Shown here in pieces: positions 60,517-64,000 of a DNA stretch of 64,000 bases. Below the pieces are notes generated by a model. That model searched no databases and was not told the DNA's origin. It worked only from the letters and a program-made list of their open reading frames with translations. Position 1 is the stretch's first letter; each line of letters opens with the position of its first letter. This stretch comes from an uncultured Pirellulales bacterium (GTDB lineage Bacteria; Planctomycetota; Phycisphaerae; Sedimentisphaerales; Anaerobacaceae), in contig CAZSXM010000003.1 in NCBI GenBank assembly GCA_964610435.1, positions 86,575 through 150,574 on the forward strand. Direction: 5' to 3'. The position numbers and the translations under genes were made by a program.

Positions 60517-61497
60517 TCAGCTTCGCCAGGGGCGGGGGCGGTTTTGGACGGTGGCGAGGGTTTCGTTGGCGATCATCACGTCTTCGGCGATCTCGAAATC
60601 GAACATGCCGGCCAGGCAGTGGTCGGCGCCGTTCTCGAAGACGTACTTGAAGGCATCGCGCGGCGGGATCGCTCCGGCGGCCATCACCTTGAACGCGATC
60701 CACGGCTTGGTGACGTTCTTCATCACCTCGATCGTCTGGGCCGGGTCCTTGCACCAGTAGCCGGGAACCTCGCTGTGGGCGTTCTTCAGCTCGTGCGGCT
60801 TGGGGGCGCTCGGATAGTTGTGATGGTGGAATGTCTTGATATAGAAGTCGGCGCCAATGTTGTGCTTCTCGCACTGGACGATCACGTTCAGGTCGTGCCC
60901 GCCGACGCCCGAGGGCACGCCGAGGTCCTTGGCGATCTCGACGGCCTTGCGGACCAGGTCCATCCGGCCCTGGGCGCAGAGCGGGTCGGAGCGCACGCCC
61001 CAGAGGTAGATGGCGTCGGTGCCGTTATCGACCAGCTCCCTGGTCATCTCGGCGTAGGCCTTCATGTCGTCGGCGATCTCGGCGATGGGGCAGATGATCC
61101 ATTTCATCTTGCCGCCGTGCCGCTGGCGGTATCGCTTGAGCATCTCGACGATGCCGGGCGGGTTGTGGATCGACAGCGTGTCGATGCCGTGGGCCTCGGC
61201 CAGGGCCATCGTCTCGTGGATCTTCTCCTCGGTGTTGTAATGGGCGCACAGATTGTAGACATACCGCAGGTCGCGACTGTGCGTGTAGTGCGTCAGGAGA
61301 TTGCCGCCCAACAGAATCCGGCTGACTTCCAGGTCGCCGATCTTGCCCTTGGGCAGCGTGGCCTTCGACCCCGGCTCGACCCGAACGGCCGATGCGCCGG
61401 CGGCGGCGCCGCTGGTCGCACTCAACGCCATCGCCCCGCCGGCCGAAGCGGCCAGCGACTGCTTCATGAAACTGCGACGATTCAGATCCGATGCCAT
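60517..61497 (-). CDS. Tat-exported aldo-keto-reductase-like TIM-barrel protein
   Basis: Twin-Arg NRRSFMK; GKIGDLEVSRILLGGN; KPWIAFKVMAAG; AF.YVFENGAD..LAGMFDF. Confidence 0.7.
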   Translation of the reverse strand: MASDLNRRSFMKQSLAASAGGAMALSATSGAAAGASAVRVEPGSKATLPKGKIGDLEVSRILLGGNLLTHYTHSRDLRYVYNLCAHYNTEEKIHETMALAEAHGIDTLSIHNPPGIVEMLKRYRQRHGGKMKWIICPIAEIADDMKAYAEMTRELVDNGTDAIYLWGVRSDPLCAQGRMDLVRKAVEIAKDLGVPSGVGGHDLNVIVQCEKHNIGADFYIKTFHHHNYPSAPKPHELKNAHSEVPGYWCKDPAQTIEVMKNVTKPWIAFKVMAAGAIPPRDAFKYVFENGADHCLAGMFDFEIAEDVMIANETLATVQNRPRPWRS

Positions 61498-61537
61498 CGT
61501 TCTCGTCCTCCTTTTTGGAACCCTTCACGCTTGCTTT

Positions 61538-63403
61538 TCAGTCCAGGCGGCCGGCGGACCAGCGGATCGCGCGGACGACGATCTCGCGGAAGGTCGGGTT
61601 GGCGTAGGCCTTCGAGTCGTGGCCGCCCTGAAAGAAGCAGACGCGGGCTTTGCCATAGTTCGGCCGCACCCAGCCGATGGTCTTGTCGCTGGTCGGCTCA
61701 TCCGTCGTCAGCAGCACGTGGTTGTCCTTGGCGAACCATACGCCTTTGTAGCTCTCATCGTGAATGTCGAAATCCTCCAACCCGCGCGTGATCGGGTGAG
61801 TGCGGTCGGCGACCTGGACGGTCAGGTCCACATCGTGCTTGTAGGTGGCCGTCTTGAAGGCGACCCCGTCGAGCGTCTGGTCCTTGAGCGGATACTTGGC
61901 CCCGATGATCTTGCGGTACTCGTCCCAGTCGGGGAAGGCGCCCTGGGCGTGGTGCAGCGCCACGAGGCCGACGCCCTTGTCCCGCAGCAGCGTCTTGAAG
62001 TTCTCCTGCCGCGCAGGTGAGATGTTCGCGGTCATATTGTAGAGGACGATGACGTCGTAATCCCAGCCGGCGATGTCTTCGAACAGCTCGCTGTGGTCCT
62101 TCTGAGCGGCCTCGACATACGTGATGTCGTCATAGCCCTGAAACAGCTTGAAGAACGGGCCATGCTCGAAGTCATGCCCGCCCGTGACGACCACGACCTT
62201 GATCGGGTCCAGAGGCTTGACCATGATGTCTTTGTAGTAGATCACGCTGTCGGGGTCATGGCCCTGGAGGGCGAACGTGCCGCTGGAGAGCTTGCGGCCG
62301 GGCATGTTGGGATAGCCCTGCTCGGCGACGTGGTCGGGCTCGGTGTACTTGACCATCCTCTCGCCATTGACGCGGACCTCGATCGTCTTGCCCTTGACGA
62401 TGACGTGCTGGGTGAACCACTCGTTGTCCTTGACCGGGGAGCGGCGCACGTCGGCGACGGCATAGAGCCCGCCGGTCTTCCGCCAGTCGCTGTGGGTGTT
62501 GTTGACCTGCACCTCGTAGCCCTTGTCGGGCCAGCCGGTCTCCTGGTATTCGGTGTGAAAATAGATGCCCGAATTGGCCTTCGGCCGAGTCATCACGTCG
62601 GCCATGAACTCGAAGTCCTTGAAGTTGGCGTTATTGACCGAGCCGACATAGAAGAGATGGCTGCGGGGCCCGTCGACCACGATCTGACCGTCTTTGACGC
62701 TGAAGGTGTCCTTGTTCTCGCTGGCCCGCCAGCCGTCGAGCGTCTTGTTGTCGAACAGCGGGATCCAGCCGGGCTGATCGGGCAGGGGGCGGACCTGGAT
62801 GTTGGCGAAATAGACGAGGCTGTCCGGGTCGTGGCCCTGGATAGCGAAAGTGCCCCTGTCGATCCGGCGGCCGCCCTGGTCCCAGCCGCGCGGCTGCACC
62901 CAGTCTACTGTGGTCTTGCCGTCGATCTGAACGACGACCCGGTACCCTTCGACGCGGATATAGCAGTGGTACCACTGGCCGTCCTTCGAGGGCGCATCGT
63001 CCATGACATCCTGGACGCCGTACAGGCCGCCGGTCTTCCTGCGGTCGCTGTGGGTCGTGTTGACCTGCACCTCGTAGCCCTTGCCGGGCCAGCCGGTCTG
63101 TTGGTATTCGGTGTGGAAGTAGATGCCAGAATTGGCCTTGGGCATGGTCATCACGTCGGCGCGGAACTCGAAGTTCTTGAAACTCGCGTTCTCGACCGGT
63201 CCGACGTAGAACAGGTGGCTGCGCCGGCCATAGACGACGAGCTTGCCGTCCTCGACGCGGAAGCTGCCCTCGTTCTCGCTGGCCTTCCAGCCGTCCAGGT
63301 TCTCGCCGTTGAACAGAGTGATCCATCCACCGTCATCGGCGACGGCGCTGGATACCGTGATCAAGCAGCAGGTCAGCAATCCGAGTGTGGTCTTCTTCAG
63401 CAT
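61538..63403 (-). CDS. Secreted tandem DUF1080 (3-keto-glycoside-processing) domains fused to a ThuA-like domain
   Basis: Signal peptide; two copies of LF.G..L.GW...ANSGIYFH...GYEVQVN...TGGLY...LQGH; then VVVVTGGHDF...HPITRG...FFQGGHD. Confidence 0.87.
   Translation of the reverse strand: MLKKTTLGLLTCCLITVSSAVADDGGWITLFNGENLDGWKASENEGSFRVEDGKLVVYGRRSHLFYVGPVENASFKNFEFRADVMTMPKANSGIYFHTEYQQTGWPGKGYEVQVNTTHSDRRKTGGLYGVQDVMDDAPSKDGQWYHCYIRVEGYRVVVQIDGKTTVDWVQPRGWDQGGRRIDRGTFAIQGHDPDSLVYFANIQVRPLPDQPGWIPLFDNKTLDGWRASENKDTFSVKDGQIVVDGPRSHLFYVGSVNNANFKDFEFMADVMTRPKANSGIYFHTEYQETGWPDKGYEVQVNNTHSDWRKTGGLYAVADVRRSPVKDNEWFTQHVIVKGKTIEVRVNGERMVKYTEPDHVAEQGYPNMPGRKLSSGTFALQGHDPDSVIYYKDIMVKPLDPIKVVVVTGGHDFEHGPFFKLFQGYDDITYVEAAQKDHSELFEDIAGWDYDVIVLYNMTANISPARQENFKTLLRDKGVGLVALHHAQGAFPDWDEYRKIIGAKYPLKDQTLDGVAFKTATYKHDVDLTVQVADRTHPITRGLEDFDIHDESYKGVWFAKDNHVLLTTDEPTSDKTIGWVRPNYGKARVCFFQGGHDSKAYANPTFREIVVRAIRWSAGRLD
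62501..63083. repeat. Intragenic duplication (two DUF1080 domains)
   Basis: Identical 25-mer gttgacctgcacctcgtagcccttg at 62501-62525 and 63059-63083, with similar flanks. Confidence 0.8.
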
Positions 63404-63437
63404 GTTACAAATCTCCTCAAAGTCTTGTGGATCGGTT

Positions 63438-64000
63438 TCAGAGCCGCCAAGGGCTGCGCATGGCCCGCGTGAGGTAGCGATTGGCCGCATCGTTGCCGAC
63501 GAATCGCTCCTTCGTGGGGTCCCAGCGCAGCTTCTGTTCGAGGCGGATGGCAATGTCGCTGATGTGGCAGAGGATATCGGCCTGGACGGCGTCGTCGATC
63601 GGGCAGATCGTGTCCTTGCGCGTCTTGACGCAGTCGAGCAGGTTCCGGGCGTGGTTGCCGCTCTCGTATAGGCGGATGTCGTTCGGGCCCCACTGGACGT
63701 CGAGCAGCTCTTTGGGATGGGCGTTGATGCCGGAGCGATCGACGTGGACCCAGCCTTCGGTGCCTTCAAAGGCGGTGCCGTGGTCGCTGGTCCGTCCGTA
63801 TCGCGTCTTCCATGCGTCGGGATAGGGGTTGCCGAAATAGTTCATGCGGACCCCGCTGTCGTACATGCAGGTGATGTCCCAATTCATCGCGGTGTTGCAA
63901 ACGCCCTCCGGATCGGGCCAGACGCCTTTGCCCTCGATCTCAAGGCCGCAGGCGACTTTGTCCCCACCGCCCCAGAGCGCGATATCGAGCGGGTGAACCC
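63438..64000 (-). CDS. Gfo/Idh/MocA oxidoreductase, C-terminal part (5' end beyond the window)
   Basis: FEGTEGWVHVDR, HARNLLDCVKTR, CHISDIAIRL..KLRWDP..ERF, AMRSPWRL. Confidence 0.85.
   Translation of the reverse strand, partial: VHPLDIALWGGGDKVACGLEIEGKGVWPDPEGVCNTAMNWDITCMYDSGVRMNYFGNPYPDAWKTRYGRTSDHGTAFEGTEGWVHVDRSGINAHPKELLDVQWGPNDIRLYESGNHARNLLDCVKTRKDTICPIDDAVQADILCHISDIAIRLEQKLRWDPTKERFVGNDAANRYLTRAMRSPWRL

Overview
High-GC bacterial chromosome segment with about 48 protein genes. Gene content (planctomycete-type LptD, DUF1570 peptidase, PEP-CTERM proteins, DUF1080/ThuA and Tat-exported oxidoreductase-like proteins, superoxide reductase) points to an anaerobic Planctomycetota member, probably Phycisphaerae/Sedimentisphaerales; this is inference from family recognition, not a database search. 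1-24.5 kb is mostly housekeeping and envelope genes (maf, pilT-like, lptD, fba, ctpA, lysS, lolC/E x2, lolD, ilvE, prenyl synthase, two beta-barrels, rarA, 5-formyl-THF cyclo-ligase, LysM L,D-transpeptidase, clpX). 24.7-64 kb is more accessory: LarA-like racemase + DUF4954, a degenerate amidase, permease/homocysteine methyltransferase/HAD, rmuC, two PEP-CTERM proteins, a TolB-like/DUF6057 pair, an MMPL-LolA-like-porin triad, glpFK, a five-gene peptide-scavenging cluster (tricorn, M2-like peptidase, OPT, M20, POT), ceramidase-like protein, SOR and a keto-glycoside-type cluster. I found no tRNA, rRNA, CRISPR array, transposase, integrase or phage gene. Best leads: (i) an unexplained 193-nt nested hairpin upstream of rarA-ygfA (6S RNA candidate); (ii) a structured porin leader containing a 22-codon uORF with a perfect SD and five rare AGA/AGG codons; (iii) a dispersed GGATGGGC-N-GCCCATCC REP-like family; (iv) recurring D/E-P/A-N tripeptides in acidic linkers of exported proteins; (v) a thioester-domain-like PEP-CTERM protein lacking the motif Gln; (vi) a catalytically dead amidase fold; (vii) DnaA boxes in an 850-bp intergenic region. 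All product calls come from motif recognition by eye.
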